64,000 nucleotides of DNA from an uncultured Chthoniobacteraceae bacterium (GCA_964595865.1 CAZQRL010000002.1:85605-149604); one strand, 5' to 3'. Numbered from the stretch's first letter, positions 47,069 to 56,609 are shown. A program made the numbers and translations. The notes: generated from the sequence alone by a model not told the origin.

Positions 47069-47503
47069 TCATCCCAATGTCGGCAATAAGTATTGGCTGA
47101 TTTTGCGATCCAGGGAAAAACGCCCTCCCCCTCCCAGCATCAGGGACAAAGCCAGGCCAAGAGAGAGGATTCCAGTCTGTAGCGAGGCTGGCGGTAGAAG
47201 GGGTGGCGTGAGAAGATGCCAAGCCAGATAAGCAACGATCAACCCGCTAGTGAGACGCGTAAGAAAACCGACCAAGAGACCCGCTGCGGCAGCATACTTG
47301 ATACCCAAGCCCAGCCAGAAATTGTCCAACGAGCCAAAGTCCCACACCACCCAAGGACTCAGGAGGGAAACCAACGCGGGATCAGTCAACATCCGGCTTT
47401 GGCAATAGGCGTCATGCAAAAGGAAAACCCCTAAGGTCAACCGCAGCACCGTAGCCGCTGTTCCAGCACGGGAGGAAAAAAAGAGGTAGATCGGATTGAC
47501 CAT
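47069..47503 (-). CDS. DoxX-family small membrane protein
   Basis: 144 aa and 4 TM helices. The pattern TVLRLTLGVFLLHDAY...GLLVGFLTRLTSGLIVAYLAW...GGGRFSLD resembles DoxX. ATG 47503 is preferred over the track start at 47599. Confidence 0.55.
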   Translation of the reverse strand: MVNPIYLFFSSRAGTAATVLRLTLGVFLLHDAYCQSRMLTDPALVSLLSPWVVWDFGSLDNFWLGLGIKYAAAAGLLVGFLTRLTSGLIVAYLAWHLLTPPLLPPASLQTGILSLGLALSLMLGGGGRFSLDRKISQYLLPTLG

Positions 47504-47549
47504 GAAACGGCAATAAGCATCGTGGGCTAATTCGGGCCGGAGTGCAACC

Positions 47550-47876
47550 TCAGAGGTCCCAGGGCAAAAGCCCGCAACTGGCCTCCGAATTGACTCCAAT
47601 TAAGTGACACTGGAGGAATGAGTTATAGGAAGGCAGGATCGGAACGTTGCCGAATAACGGATGACCCCAGGGGATGTCATGAACCATGAATGCAAAACCG
47701 AGGAGAAGTGCTCCCGAGAAGGCGTGGACGACAAGCGGGCGTGGGCGCGAAGGGCAGTGCCTGTTGAGCGACGGGGTGTAGGCTTTGTGCGGAGAAGAGC
47801 GCAAGCAGGCGATAAAGAGTCCAAAAGGGAAAGTTGGGTGTTCCAGGTGGTGGGCAACGACAGCGCCGCGGACCAC
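47550..47876 (-). CDS. Questionable small ORF (108 aa, possible 2-TM protein)
   Basis: GTG-initiated ORF VVRGAVVAHHLEHPTFPFGLFIACL...VVHAFSGALLLGFAFMVHDIPWGHPLFGN. Third-position GC is roughly two thirds by hand count, which is compatible with coding. No family was recognised, and the ORF overlaps the possible DoxX N-terminal extension. Confidence 0.25.
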   Translation of the reverse strand: MVRGAVVAHHLEHPTFPFGLFIACLRSSPHKAYTPSLNRHCPSRPRPLVVHAFSGALLLGFAFMVHDIPWGHPLFGNVPILPSYNSFLQCHLIGVNSEASCGLLPWDL

Positions 47877-48335
47877 GCTGGCGGCATGGGAAATTCCGCC
47901 ATTCGGGCCTTCAGGAGAAGCTGACGGAAGAATGGAAAGCCAGGAAGGTCATGGTGTTACCGTGAGCGCCAAACCCGGTTTGGGTGCATCCAAGCAGCCA
48001 TCGGCCAACCTCCTCCTCGGGCCTCCGCCGGGAGGGCCAGCTTGCCACTAGACAGAACGCATGCGCCCTACTCTCAATCCTTCAACCTTGCCATGGAAGA
48101 GAAAGGCCCGCCGCATACCGGCCAGCTTCTTCCCTGAAAGCGGCTGCGCTACCCCTCTGCGTGCGCGGATGCCTTGCTGCTTCGCGACAGGCGCGACGCG
48201 CAGTCGGCCTTCGAGACCTTCGGCTCTTCATAGTGAAATTCACTTCGGGATTAGAACCATCCAGCCCTGCGGCGGACGACCTGCAGAGGCTTATCAGTAA
48301 GGCGGCGCTCGATTCAGCAAAATGGCCTCCCGACC

Positions 48336-49532
48336 TCACCCCAGCCAGGCCAGGAAGCGCTGGATGACGAGGGCATTGGCAATGTCTATGAAGAAGCCGG
48401 AGACGAGCGGGACGACAATGAAGGCCCGGTGGGCGGGGCCGTATTTTTGCGTGACGGCGGTCATATTGGCCATGGCGGTCGGCGTGGCTCCGAGGGAGGC
48501 TCCGCCGAATCCCGCACAAATCACCGCAGCTTCGTAATCGCGCCCCATGACTCGGAAGAGCACGAAAATGATGAACACCACGGCCAGCCCCACTTGCGCG
48601 GCCAACAGGACAAAAATGGGCCCGGCAAGCTCCAGCAGTGCCAAGAGCTGTAGGCTCATGAGAGACATGGCGAGAAAAAGCCCCAAGGAAATATCTGAGA
48701 CGAGGGCCAGAGCCCGTGAGCGGGCTGGCCAAGGCGACCAAGGCAGGATTCTCGGCAGCAGATTGGTGAGGAAGATGGCCCCAAATAGGCAGCAGACGAA
48801 AAGCGGCAGCTTGACCCCGAGGGAAGCCAGGAGGGTCTCCATACCCTGCCCGACCACCAGACTCATATTCAGCCAGAAGAGCACCCGCAGCAGCGAGAAA
48901 TAGTCGAGGGATTCTTCGGTGGTCCCATGGGAAATCCCAATGTCGGGCTGTTCGACGGTGGCCGGAGCTAGCTCGTGTTTTACGATGAGAAAGCGGGCCA
49001 TGGGGCCTCCGATGAGCGAGGCCAGCACCAACCCCACGGTGGCGCAGGCGACTCCGATTTCCATGGCGCTGACAATCCCGTGATCTTCGATAAAAATTGG
49101 TGCCCAGGCGATCGTGGTGCCATGTCCACCGATGAGCGAAACCGATCCCGCCAAGAGCCCAACGAGCTTCTCCTGTCCGAGCCCGTGCGCTACCCCCACC
49201 CCAACGAGGTTCTGCAGAATCATGAAGGTGACCGTGGCCAGCAGGAGGATGACCAACGGTTTGCCCCCGCGCAGCAGCGTGGCAAAGTCGGAGTTCAATC
49301 CGATGGCCGAGAAAAAGTAGAGCAGAAGGAAATCGCGCGCCGCGAGATTGAAGGTGACCGCAGAGCCAGCAAAGGCCTGATAAACAGCCAGCCCAATGCA
49401 GACCAAGAGCCCCCCGGTGACGGGTTCGGGAATATTGAAATCCCGCAGGACGCGGAGCTTTTTGGTCAGGAGCTTCCCGAGGGCGAGGACAAAAATGGCC
49501 ACGTTGAACGTGGTGAAGCTATCAAGCTGCAT
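48336..49532 (-). CDS. gltS: Sodium/glutamate symporter
   Basis: A 398-aa polytopic protein. The N-terminus MQLDSFTTFNVAIFVLALGKLLTKKLRVLRDFNIPEPVTGGLL is typical of GltS. Confidence 0.88.
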   Translation of the reverse strand: MQLDSFTTFNVAIFVLALGKLLTKKLRVLRDFNIPEPVTGGLLVCIGLAVYQAFAGSAVTFNLAARDFLLLYFFSAIGLNSDFATLLRGGKPLVILLLATVTFMILQNLVGVGVAHGLGQEKLVGLLAGSVSLIGGHGTTIAWAPIFIEDHGIVSAMEIGVACATVGLVLASLIGGPMARFLIVKHELAPATVEQPDIGISHGTTEESLDYFSLLRVLFWLNMSLVVGQGMETLLASLGVKLPLFVCCLFGAIFLTNLLPRILPWSPWPARSRALALVSDISLGLFLAMSLMSLQLLALLELAGPIFVLLAAQVGLAVVFIIFVLFRVMGRDYEAAVICAGFGGASLGATPTAMANMTAVTQKYGPAHRAFIVVPLVSGFFIDIANALVIQRFLAWLG

Positions 49533-49663
49533 GCAGGGAAGAGGACTCAGACAGAATGAACAGCATCAGGACCGGCTGGACAGGATTTTCAGCAAAAGAG
49601 AGTACGAGCGCTCGGGCGGGTGGTGAGGAGATGCCCCGCCAGTGATAGCACCGACCAAGATCG

Positions 49664-49684
49664 GGACGACCGAGCCGGTCGTCC
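49664..49684. repeat. Isolated copy of the GGACGACCG-agc-CGGTCGTCC hairpin module (partial copy of the 91-nt repeat)
   Basis: A perfect 9-bp inverted repeat with a 3-nt loop. The same GACGACCGrGCCGGTCGT module recurs at 49777..49795 and 52087..52105. Confidence 0.7.
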
Positions 49685-49711
49685 TGATGAGATCGTGGGC
49701 AAATTCGCACC

Positions 49712-49802
49712 TTTGGTAGGGACGGGGGGCTTCGCCCGTCCGCCGCGGCAGAATCGGTGGTCCTCGGCCGATGGCAGACGACCGAGCCGGTCGTCCCTAC
49801 CT
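49712..49802. repeat. Structured intergenic repeat, copy A (91 nt), 21 nt from the stop of the PEP-CTERM gene
   Basis: TTTGGTAGGGACGGGGGGCTTCGCCCGTCCGCCGCGGCAGAATCGGTGGTCCTCGGCCGATGGCAGACGACCGAGCCGGTCGTCCCTACCT. It aligns without gaps to copy B, with 81 of 91 positions identical by hand alignment. Internal hairpins are GGACGGG/CCCGTCC, ATCGG/CCGAT and GACGACCG/CGGTCGTC, and the termini GGTAGGGACG/CGTCCCTACC are inverted. Confidence 0.8.
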
Positions 49803-49823
49803 GGCACAGAATGAGAGGGCGGA

Positions 49824-51788
49824 TCAGAGACGCTTGGCGGTGAACCGCCGACGGAGCAGGAACCCAGCACCACCCAAGAGGACCAACAAGGCTGTAGAGG
49901 GCTCGGGGATGACGCTGATCGCGCCGGTGGTGTAGAGGCTGGAGGTATCCCAGAAGAGTCCGCCGCCGATGTTGGTCCCTGTAATCGAGGAGAAGGTTCC
50001 CGAATAAGATCCCGCGTTGAAAAGTTGCACGCTATCCCCCTGAACTGCGGAATAACCGGTGCTCAGATTTAAGACACCACCAAAGGTGAGCAATCCAGAT
50101 ACCACTAAGCTGTCAAAGCTGCCCGGTGATGTGCCATTGATCTCGAAAGTCGAGTTCGCGGTGCCTGCAAGGGTGAAGTTGCCGGTGACATCGAGCGAGC
50201 CTGGGCTGTTGCCAATCGAGAGATTACCGGCAATCTGCAGGGTTTTGCCCGAGGCATTCACGGTTCCGTTGCCGCTTACCGTAGTTCCATTGGCCATCGT
50301 GAAGGTGGAAGCGCTGATTCCGCTGATATCCAAATTCCCGCCGCCAAAGGTCAGGTTCCCGGAGCCTAGCGTGCCCGCGCCAACAAGGATCAGCGAACCA
50401 GCATTGATCGTGGTGCCGCCGGAGTAGGAGTTGGCACTGGAAAGCGTGAGGTTGCCGGAGCCGGATTTAATCAAGGAACCGGTGCCATTAATCGAGCTGG
50501 TCAGTGTGGGGACAGCACCTGTGCCGAAGGTAGTATTAGTAGTTTGATTCACCGTCAGCGCGGTTCCGTTCAAGGTGACGATCTGGGATAGCGTTCCACT
50601 GACAGCAGTAAAGTTACTGGAAAGGCTGCTGATCGTTTGAGCGGCGTTGTTGAAAACGATGGAAGTATTATTCGTGCCGGTTTGAAATAGGTTCAAACCA
50701 CCCGTTCCAAGCGATGAGCCCGATTCCACCGTGATTCGGCCGTTGCCGATCTGGGTCCCGCCAGTGTGCGTGTTGTTGGCTCCGGAAAGAGTCAAGTTAC
50801 CTCCGGCCTGTTTCAAAAGCAGACCACTGCCAGACAGATTGCCGGAAAACGTGACGACTCCGGAGGAACCATTCACCTCGATGCGAGTGGCCGCAGCCAG
50901 TTCCACGTTCGGATTGAAGGTTACGTTGATGTCGCTGGTTTGCAGATCAAACGCTGGATTTGTCGTGCCAGTAGGGTTAAAAGTAATTGTTTGTGAGCTT
51001 GAACCGTAGGTGCCCGCTGTGGAAAAGCGGATGCGGCCATTTTCGGAAACTGATAAGTTGCCCGTGGTCGGTAGCGCAGAGGTGGCCGTGAGGCGAAGCC
51101 GTCCAGTGCCGGAAATGTCAATTCCACCCGTAAATGTGTTGTCTCCTCCCAAAATAACATCACCCGTAGCACCAGTGTCGCCAATCACGCCAAGTTTGCG
51201 CGCTCCCCCAGATTCGGTAATATTCGCGGTGATCTGAATGTTGCCCGAGCTGCCGATGCGCACGTTGTTGACGGTCGAATTCGTGATCACCACAACCATT
51301 GCTTGACCTGAACCTCCCTGAAACTGAGTAGCATTGAGGCTCAGACTGCTATTATTGGAGAAGATCACATTAGAAAAGCCATCCACGGTCGCCCCGTTGA
51401 GGCGTAGTTCAGAACCCAGAGAGGAACCGTCGCTTTTTCCGATACTGATCGAGCGATTTGCTGTGTTGGTGAGAGCGATTGCCCCCAAGCTCAACCAACC
51501 GTTGGCACCAGTGTTGTTGCTGACTCCGTTGTTGGTGTTCGAGTTGAAATTAATGCCAATGTTGTTAGTATTAACGTTAGTAGCACCGATGACTGCAACG
51601 TTGCTTGAGGAGCCGTCTGCCGTGCTACTGGAGTTGTTATCTACGCCTGGAAAGTTCGTGCCGTTCCAGTTGGCAGCGTTCATCCAGGCGTTGCTTGTTG
51701 TAGTGGAATTTCGGGTAATGTTTTGCGCATTTGCCCCCGTTAGCAAGACCGCCGCAAGGCCGATGAGCAAGAAGACAGTTTTTTTCAT
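49824..51788 (-). CDS. PEP-CTERM-anchored surface protein made of autotransporter-associated beta-strand (PATR) repeats
   Basis: Signal peptide MKKTVFLLIGLAAVLLTGANAQ. Repeated G-rich beta-strand units (GNLTLSGANNTHTGGTQI, GSGNLTLSSANSYSGGTTINAG, ...). The C-terminus VIPEPSTALLVLLGGAGFLLRRRFTAKRL is a PEP motif plus TM helix plus basic tail. The true start is ATG 51788. The 872-aa track ORF reads through intergenic DNA. Confidence 0.88.
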   Translation of the reverse strand: MKKTVFLLIGLAAVLLTGANAQNITRNSTTTSNAWMNAANWNGTNFPGVDNNSSSTADGSSSNVAVIGATNVNTNNIGINFNSNTNNGVSNNTGANGWLSLGAIALTNTANRSISIGKSDGSSLGSELRLNGATVDGFSNVIFSNNSSLSLNATQFQGGSGQAMVVVITNSTVNNVRIGSSGNIQITANITESGGARKLGVIGDTGATGDVILGGDNTFTGGIDISGTGRLRLTATSALPTTGNLSVSENGRIRFSTAGTYGSSSQTITFNPTGTTNPAFDLQTSDINVTFNPNVELAAATRIEVNGSSGVVTFSGNLSGSGLLLKQAGGNLTLSGANNTHTGGTQIGNGRITVESGSSLGTGGLNLFQTGTNNTSIVFNNAAQTISSLSSNFTAVSGTLSQIVTLNGTALTVNQTTNTTFGTGAVPTLTSSINGTGSLIKSGSGNLTLSSANSYSGGTTINAGSLILVGAGTLGSGNLTFGGGNLDISGISASTFTMANGTTVSGNGTVNASGKTLQIAGNLSIGNSPGSLDVTGNFTLAGTANSTFEINGTSPGSFDSLVVSGLLTFGGVLNLSTGYSAVQGDSVQLFNAGSYSGTFSSITGTNIGGGLFWDTSSLYTTGAISVIPEPSTALLVLLGGAGFLLRRRFTAKRL

Positions 51789-52020
51789 GGTGGATGGGTG
51801 GTAGGGCAGTTGGGTAAGTTGGTCGCAGATGAAGCACTTTGGATGCCAAATTGCGTGGTGAGGTTTAAGGCGCGGGGACGTGGGGGGGCAACGGGATTTT
51901 GGTGACAAATTCGTGACGAACGGAGGCGTGGAAGGAACGGACCGGATGAGGGGGATTCTCGGTAGAATGAGGAGAATGAACAAAAGGGGACAGGGGGGAC
52001 TGGAAGGGAAGAGGCCGGCG

Positions 52021-52111
52021 TTTGGTCGGGCCGGGCTGCTTCGCCCGTCCGCCGAAGCAGCATCGGTGGTCCTCGGCCGATGGCGGACGACCGGGCCGGT
52101 CGTGCCTACCT
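52021..52111. repeat. Structured intergenic repeat, copy B (91 nt), between the PEP-CTERM gene leader and hemB
   Basis: TTTGGTCGGGCCGGGCTGCTTCGCCCGTCCGCCGAAGCAGCATCGGTGGTCCTCGGCCGATGGCGGACGACCGGGCCGGTCGTGCCTACCT. Same orientation as copy A. It contains a 9-bp stem GCTGCTTCG/CGAAGCAGC not present in copy A, plus the shared ATCGG/CCGAT and GACGACCG/CGGTCGT(G) hairpins. Confidence 0.8.
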
Positions 52112-52152
52112 TGGGTTTGCCAAGGGGGAGGTTCGGGCGTATGGGTGGGGGC

Positions 52153-53169
52153 ATGAAGATTCCCATACGGATGCGGCGCAACCGGGCCAGTGCGGCGCGG
52201 CGTGATTTGGTTCGCGAGACTCGGTTGGAAGTGGCGGACTTGATTTGGCCGTTATTTTTGCAACCCGAGGGGTCTCCGACTCCGATTGAGTCCATGCCGG
52301 GGGTGTATCGGTGGAATCCGGCGGATTTGCTGCAGCGGGCGGAGGAGGCGCAGAGCTGGGGGCTGCGGGCTTTGGCGGTTTTTCCCTGTGTGCCGGCGGG
52401 GGACAAGGATGCGGCGGGGTCATACGGTCTGCGGGAGGACAATTTCCTCTTGCAGACCCTTACGGCGCTGAAGGCTAACTTTCCGGAGTTGGTGCTGGTG
52501 GCGGATGTGGCCCTGGATCCTTACACCTCCCACGGACATGATGGCGTCCTGACGGCGGATGGGCTGGATGTGGACAACGATGCGACGGTGGAGATTCTGA
52601 CCCGGCTGGCGGTTTTGTTGGCGCGGGCGGGGGCAGATGTGGTGGCCCCTTCGGACATGATGGATGGTCGGGTGGGGGCCATTCGCTCGGCCCTGGATGA
52701 GGCGGGTCACACGCAAACGCTCATTTTGTCCTACGCGGCGAAGTTTGCCTCGGCGTATTACGGACCGTTCCGGGAGGCTGTTGGGAGCAAGATCGGGCGG
52801 GATGCCATTAGCAAGGCGACCTATCAGCTGGATCCGGCGAATCGCCGGGAGGCCTTGCGGGAGGTGGAGCTCGACTGGGCGGAAGGGGCGGATTGGGTGA
52901 TGGTGAAGCCTGCGGGGCCGTATTTGGATGTGTTGCGCGAAGTGGCCGATCGGGCTTGCGGTCCGGTGGCAGCGTATCAGGTCTCGGGGGAATACGCGCA
53001 GATTCATGCGGCGGCGCAGGCGGGCTGGCTGGATTATCGGCGAACGCGCGATGAATCGCTCCTGGCCATCAAACGGGCGGGAGCGGATTTGCTTCTCACG
53101 TATTTTGCCGGGGAATTAGCGCGGGAGTGGAGGGGTGGAAATGAGGATAGGAACCAGTCGGAGAAATGA
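52153..53169 (+). CDS. hemB: Porphobilinogen synthase (delta-aminolevulinic acid dehydratase)
   Basis: [64 protein letters not shown] and [10 protein letters not shown] are HemB motifs. An alternative in-frame ATG lies at 52141. Confidence 0.92.
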   Translation: MKIPIRMRRNRASAARRDLVRETRLEVADLIWPLFLQPEGSPTPIESMPGVYRWNPADLLQRAEEAQSWGLRALAVFPCVPAGDKDAAGSYGLREDNFLLQTLTALKANFPELVLVADVALDPYTSHGHDGVLTADGLDVDNDATVEILTRLAVLLARAGADVVAPSDMMDGRVGAIRSALDEAGHTQTLILSYAAKFASAYYGPFREAVGSKIGRDAISKATYQLDPANRREALREVELDWAEGADWVMVKPAGPYLDVLREVADRACGPVAAYQVSGEYAQIHAAAQAGWLDYRRTRDESLLAIKRAGADLLLTYFAGELAREWRGGNEDRNQSEK

Positions 53170-54938
53170 TTTTTGGGATTGATCTCGGGACGACGAATTC
53201 GCTGCTCGGGACCTTCGAGGGTGGGCTGCCGATTTTGTTGGCGAATCCGGCCGGGGCGCGGCTGACGCCATCGGCGGTGTATTATCCGGTGGCAGGGGAG
53301 CCGGTGGTGGGGTCGGCGGCGGTGCGGCAGCGGGCTTTGGCCCCGGAGCGGACGTTCCTGGCCGTGAAGCGGCTGATTGGGCGGCGGGCGGCCGAGGTTG
53401 CGGCGGAGGAGTTTGCTTTTCCGTGGGAAGCCGGGCCCTCGGGGGAGGTGCGGTGTCGTTTGCCGGAGCGGTCGCTCTTGCCGGAGGAAATTTCCGCAGA
53501 GGTTCTGCGGGCCTTGCGCGCCGATGCGGAGCGGCACTATGCGCCGGAGGAGTTCCGCGCGGTAATTACGGTGCCGGCGTATTTCCACGATGGGCAACGG
53601 GCTGCGACGAAGCGGGCGGGCGAGTTGGCGGGGTGGAAGGTGGAGCGGATTCTCAACGAGCCGACGGCGGCGGCCTTGACGTATGGACTGAATCGTCGGC
53701 GGGAGCGGACGCGGTTCGCGGTCTTTGACTTTGGCGGGGGAACTTTCGACCTCTCGATTCTGCAGGTGGAAGGGGGAATCTTTGAGGTGTTGAGCACTCA
53801 TGGCGACACGCGGCTCGGCGGAGAAGATCTGAATCGAGCATTGGTGGAGTATTTTCTCGAGGGCTGGGGATTGCAGGCACCGGATCTGCTGCAGCGGGCA
53901 CGGCTAGAGGAGCTGGCCGAGCAGGTGAAGGTGCGGCTAAGCACGGAGGGCGAGGTCGAGGTGGCCCTGCCCTTCTTGGAGGGATGGACGGGCGAGCCCT
54001 TGCGGCTGACGCGAGGAGAATTCGAGGACTTGGCAGGCCCGGTGCTGCGGCGGTTGCGGGAGCCGTGTCTGCGGGCTTTGCATGATGCGAAGCTGGATCC
54101 GGCGGAGTTGGATCGGGTGATTCTCGTCGGCGGTTCCACCCGCATCCCGGCAGTGCGGGCGCTGGCCGGGGAAATCTTCGGCTGCGAGCCGGATACCACG
54201 CAACATCCCGATGAAGCAATCGCGCTGGGCGCAACCATCCAAGCGGCGCTGCTGGATGGCCAGATCGGCGAAATGGGTCTGCTCGATGTGACACCACTCT
54301 CCCTGGGGATTGAGACCTACGGCGGCCTGATGAACGTGCTCATTCCCCGCAACACCACCATTCCGTGCAAGGCCGGGGAAATGTTCACGAATGCCTCGGC
54401 GAGCCAGACGGCAATGCGGATTCGTATTCTACAAGGGGAGCGAGAGTTGGCGCGGGACAACTGGCAGCTGGGGGAGTTTTCGCTGAGCTTCCCGCCGGTG
54501 CCGCGGGGACAGGCGCGGGTCGGGGTGCAATTTGCCATCAATGCCGATGGCATCTTGCAGGTGCTGGCGCGAGACGTGGCCACAGGAGAGGAGAAAATTG
54601 TTGAACTGGACTCCGCCGTGCGGGTGGCGGAGGAAAAAGTCGAGCAGATGGTCGAGGCAGCGGTGGAGAATGCCTTTGCCGATATGAACGCGCGGATTTT
54701 CACCGAGGCCTCGTTGAAAGCGCAGGAGCTCCTCGGCGCGGTGGGCGTAGCTTTGGAGCAACTCGGCGAGAGCCTCCCGGAAGCGGAAAAAACTGCCATT
54801 GATGCCGCCGTGCGCCGGGTGCGCGAAGCGCTGGCTGGTGAGACCGCCCGGGAACTCAAACAGGCGGTCGAGCAACTGGATGAACTGACCACTCCCCTCG
54901 CCGATCGCTTGTTGGAAAAGCTGCTGGCCGATTCATGA
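53166..54938 (+). CDS. Hsp70-family chaperone (HscA/DnaK-like; full NBD + SBD + helical lid)
   Basis: [57 protein letters not shown] and [15 protein letters not shown] overlaps with both hemB and the downstream gene. Confidence 0.9.
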   Translation: MIFGIDLGTTNSLLGTFEGGLPILLANPAGARLTPSAVYYPVAGEPVVGSAAVRQRALAPERTFLAVKRLIGRRAAEVAAEEFAFPWEAGPSGEVRCRLPERSLLPEEISAEVLRALRADAERHYAPEEFRAVITVPAYFHDGQRAATKRAGELAGWKVERILNEPTAAALTYGLNRRRERTRFAVFDFGGGTFDLSILQVEGGIFEVLSTHGDTRLGGEDLNRALVEYFLEGWGLQAPDLLQRARLEELAEQVKVRLSTEGEVEVALPFLEGWTGEPLRLTRGEFEDLAGPVLRRLREPCLRALHDAKLDPAELDRVILVGGSTRIPAVRALAGEIFGCEPDTTQHPDEAIALGATIQAALLDGQIGEMGLLDVTPLSLGIETYGGLMNVLIPRNTTIPCKAGEMFTNASASQTAMRIRILQGERELARDNWQLGEFSLSFPPVPRGQARVGVQFAINADGILQVLARDVATGEEKIVELDSAVRVAEEKVEQMVEAAVENAFADMNARIFTEASLKAQELLGAVGVALEQLGESLPEAEKTAIDAAVRRVREALAGETARELKQAVEQLDELTTPLADRLLEKLLADS

Positions 54939-56515
54939 ATCTGCGGAGGCTGGTCTTGCGCTGGGGGCTGGGAATGCTGGGCTTGGGGTTGTGGTGCGGC
55001 GGGCTGACGGAATCGCCCTCCTCCGAGCCCGCCTCGGCGTTCGCCCTGGATTTCTCTCGCCTGCGCAATCTGCCGCCAGAACTGCGCGTGGTGCCAGAGG
55101 GGCCATCGGGTGAAAAGTGCCTGCTGGTGGCTGTGGGAGAAAAGACCAAGGGCGACCTGCATTTGCTGGATTTGCCGCTGGATTTGGGACCCTTGCGCGA
55201 CCACGAAATCCTCCTGACCTATGACTACCGCACGGATGGAGTCACCGAGCCGGAAGGCCCGTATGGAGGAATCAAGGTCCAGCTGCATTGGCAATCGGCG
55301 AGCCAGGGAGAGCGGTGGCTGAATGTCGAGCACGCGACGGGCACCAATGGCTGGCAGCGCGTGGAGTCGCTAATCCGGGTGGATGGCGATGCCACGGGCG
55401 GGCGTCTGCAACTGGGACTGCAGGGCTGCCGGGGCAAGCTCTGGCTGGCCAACATCGGGATCGCGGTGGTGCGCGCGCGGCCCGAACATCGGGCGGAAGT
55501 TTTTCGTGGGCATGATGCGGCCCGATTGCGGGGCTTGGTGGGAGCGGGAACTTTCCGGGCGGAAGATCTGCGGGAGATGCGCCGCTGGGGAGCGAATGTG
55601 GTGCGCTGGCGGCTGCTTAATCCGCGCTGGCCTAGGACGGAGATTCCCTCCGACCCGGCTACCTACGAGGCTTGGCTCAAGGCGGAACTGGAGGACCTGC
55701 AAAAAGCTCTCGATCTGGCCCGGGAGTTGGAGATGCGAGTGCTGGTGGACTTACATTCCCCGCCGGGGGGGCGGTTGCCAGATGGAACCTTGCGCATGGT
55801 GCTGGATCGCTTCCTGGGGCAATATTTCGTGGATATTTGGCGGCGCATCGCCCAGCGGTTCCGGGATCATCCAGCCCTTTGGGCTTACGACCTAATGAAT
55901 GAGCCGGTGCAAAAGCGCCCCTCCCCCCCGGGAGTGCTGGATTGGTGGGGGTTGCAGGAAGCGGCCGCGCAGGCCGTGCGGGCGGAGGACCCACACACGC
56001 CCATTCTCATCGCGGTGGACGACTGGGATTCTCCGGCGGCCTTTGCCTGGATGCGCCCGGTGGATGTGAGCCGAGTGATTTATACGGTGCATGTCTATTG
56101 GCCGTATGAATACACGCACCAGGGGTTGGAGGGTGACTGGAGCGAGCAGGAGGCGATTCCTTACCCGGGGATTTTTCAAGGGCGACCGTTGGACCGGGCG
56201 GCTGTTGCACGCCAGCTGCAGCCGGTGCGGGACTTCCAAAAGGCGTATCGGGTGCATATTTTTGTCGGGGAGTTCAGCGTGGTGCGTTATGCCCCGGGTG
56301 CGGCGCAGTATCTGGCTGATTGCCTGAGTCTCTTTGAAGAATACGGCTGGGATTGGACCTACCATGCGTTTCGGGAATCGAGCGAGTGGGATCTGGAGCA
56401 TGCTGATTTGCCCAGAGAACCAGCGTTCCGCACCCCGCCTGAAAGCCCTTCCTTGCGGCAAAGCGTGGTGCGAGGTTGGCTGGAAAAAAATGCCTCCGCG
56501 CCACCCGAGCGGTAG
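54935..56515 (+). CDS. Secreted glycoside hydrolase family 5 (cellulase-like) with N-terminal CBM-like domain
   Basis: Signal-like N-terminus. The GH5 acid/base motif is YDLMNEPV and the nucleophile motif is FVGEFSVV. A beta-sandwich-like ~160-aa N-domain precedes the catalytic barrel. Confidence 0.8.
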   Translation: MNLRRLVLRWGLGMLGLGLWCGGLTESPSSEPASAFALDFSRLRNLPPELRVVPEGPSGEKCLLVAVGEKTKGDLHLLDLPLDLGPLRDHEILLTYDYRTDGVTEPEGPYGGIKVQLHWQSASQGERWLNVEHATGTNGWQRVESLIRVDGDATGGRLQLGLQGCRGKLWLANIGIAVVRARPEHRAEVFRGHDAARLRGLVGAGTFRAEDLREMRRWGANVVRWRLLNPRWPRTEIPSDPATYEAWLKAELEDLQKALDLARELEMRVLVDLHSPPGGRLPDGTLRMVLDRFLGQYFVDIWRRIAQRFRDHPALWAYDLMNEPVQKRPSPPGVLDWWGLQEAAAQAVRAEDPHTPILIAVDDWDSPAAFAWMRPVDVSRVIYTVHVYWPYEYTHQGLEGDWSEQEAIPYPGIFQGRPLDRAAVARQLQPVRDFQKAYRVHIFVGEFSVVRYAPGAAQYLADCLSLFEEYGWDWTYHAFRESSEWDLEHADLPREPAFRTPPESPSLRQSVVRGWLEKNASAPPER

Positions 56516-56609
56516 GGGGATTGCAACGAATTTTTTGCATAGGGTGGGCTGGAAAAGCTGGTCAAGGGAGTCTGGGGGCTCGATAGTGCCCGGTTTGAGC
56601 GTTGCGGCC

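Noticed and set aside
47915-48300. RNase P RNA-like ends (GAAGCTGAC... near 47917 and ...GGCTTATCAG near 48288, about 380 nt apart)
   Set aside because: The universally conserved blocks (GAGGAAAGTCCGGGC, AGGGTGAAA..., ACAGAACCCGGCTTA) are absent on both strands. Only superficial resemblance at the termini.
49685-49692. CTGATGAG, the hammerhead-ribozyme core box, right after a perfect hairpin
   Set aside because: No downstream stem II closed by a GAAA box and no stem III or cleavage-site arrangement could be drawn on either strand. This is probably a chance 8-mer.
51789-52442. N-terminal 218 aa of the 872-aa version of the PEP-CTERM ORF
   Set aside because: This part translates the intergenic leader, repeat copy B and the antisense of hemB. 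A classic signal peptide begins at the internal ATG 51788, which is the sensible start.
53034-55333. Series of minus-strand ORFs (53034..53801, 53653..54297, 53798..54238, 54317..55333)
   Set aside because: All are antisense to the Hsp70 and GH5 genes. The translations are Pro/Arg/Ser-rich junk and mutually overlapping.
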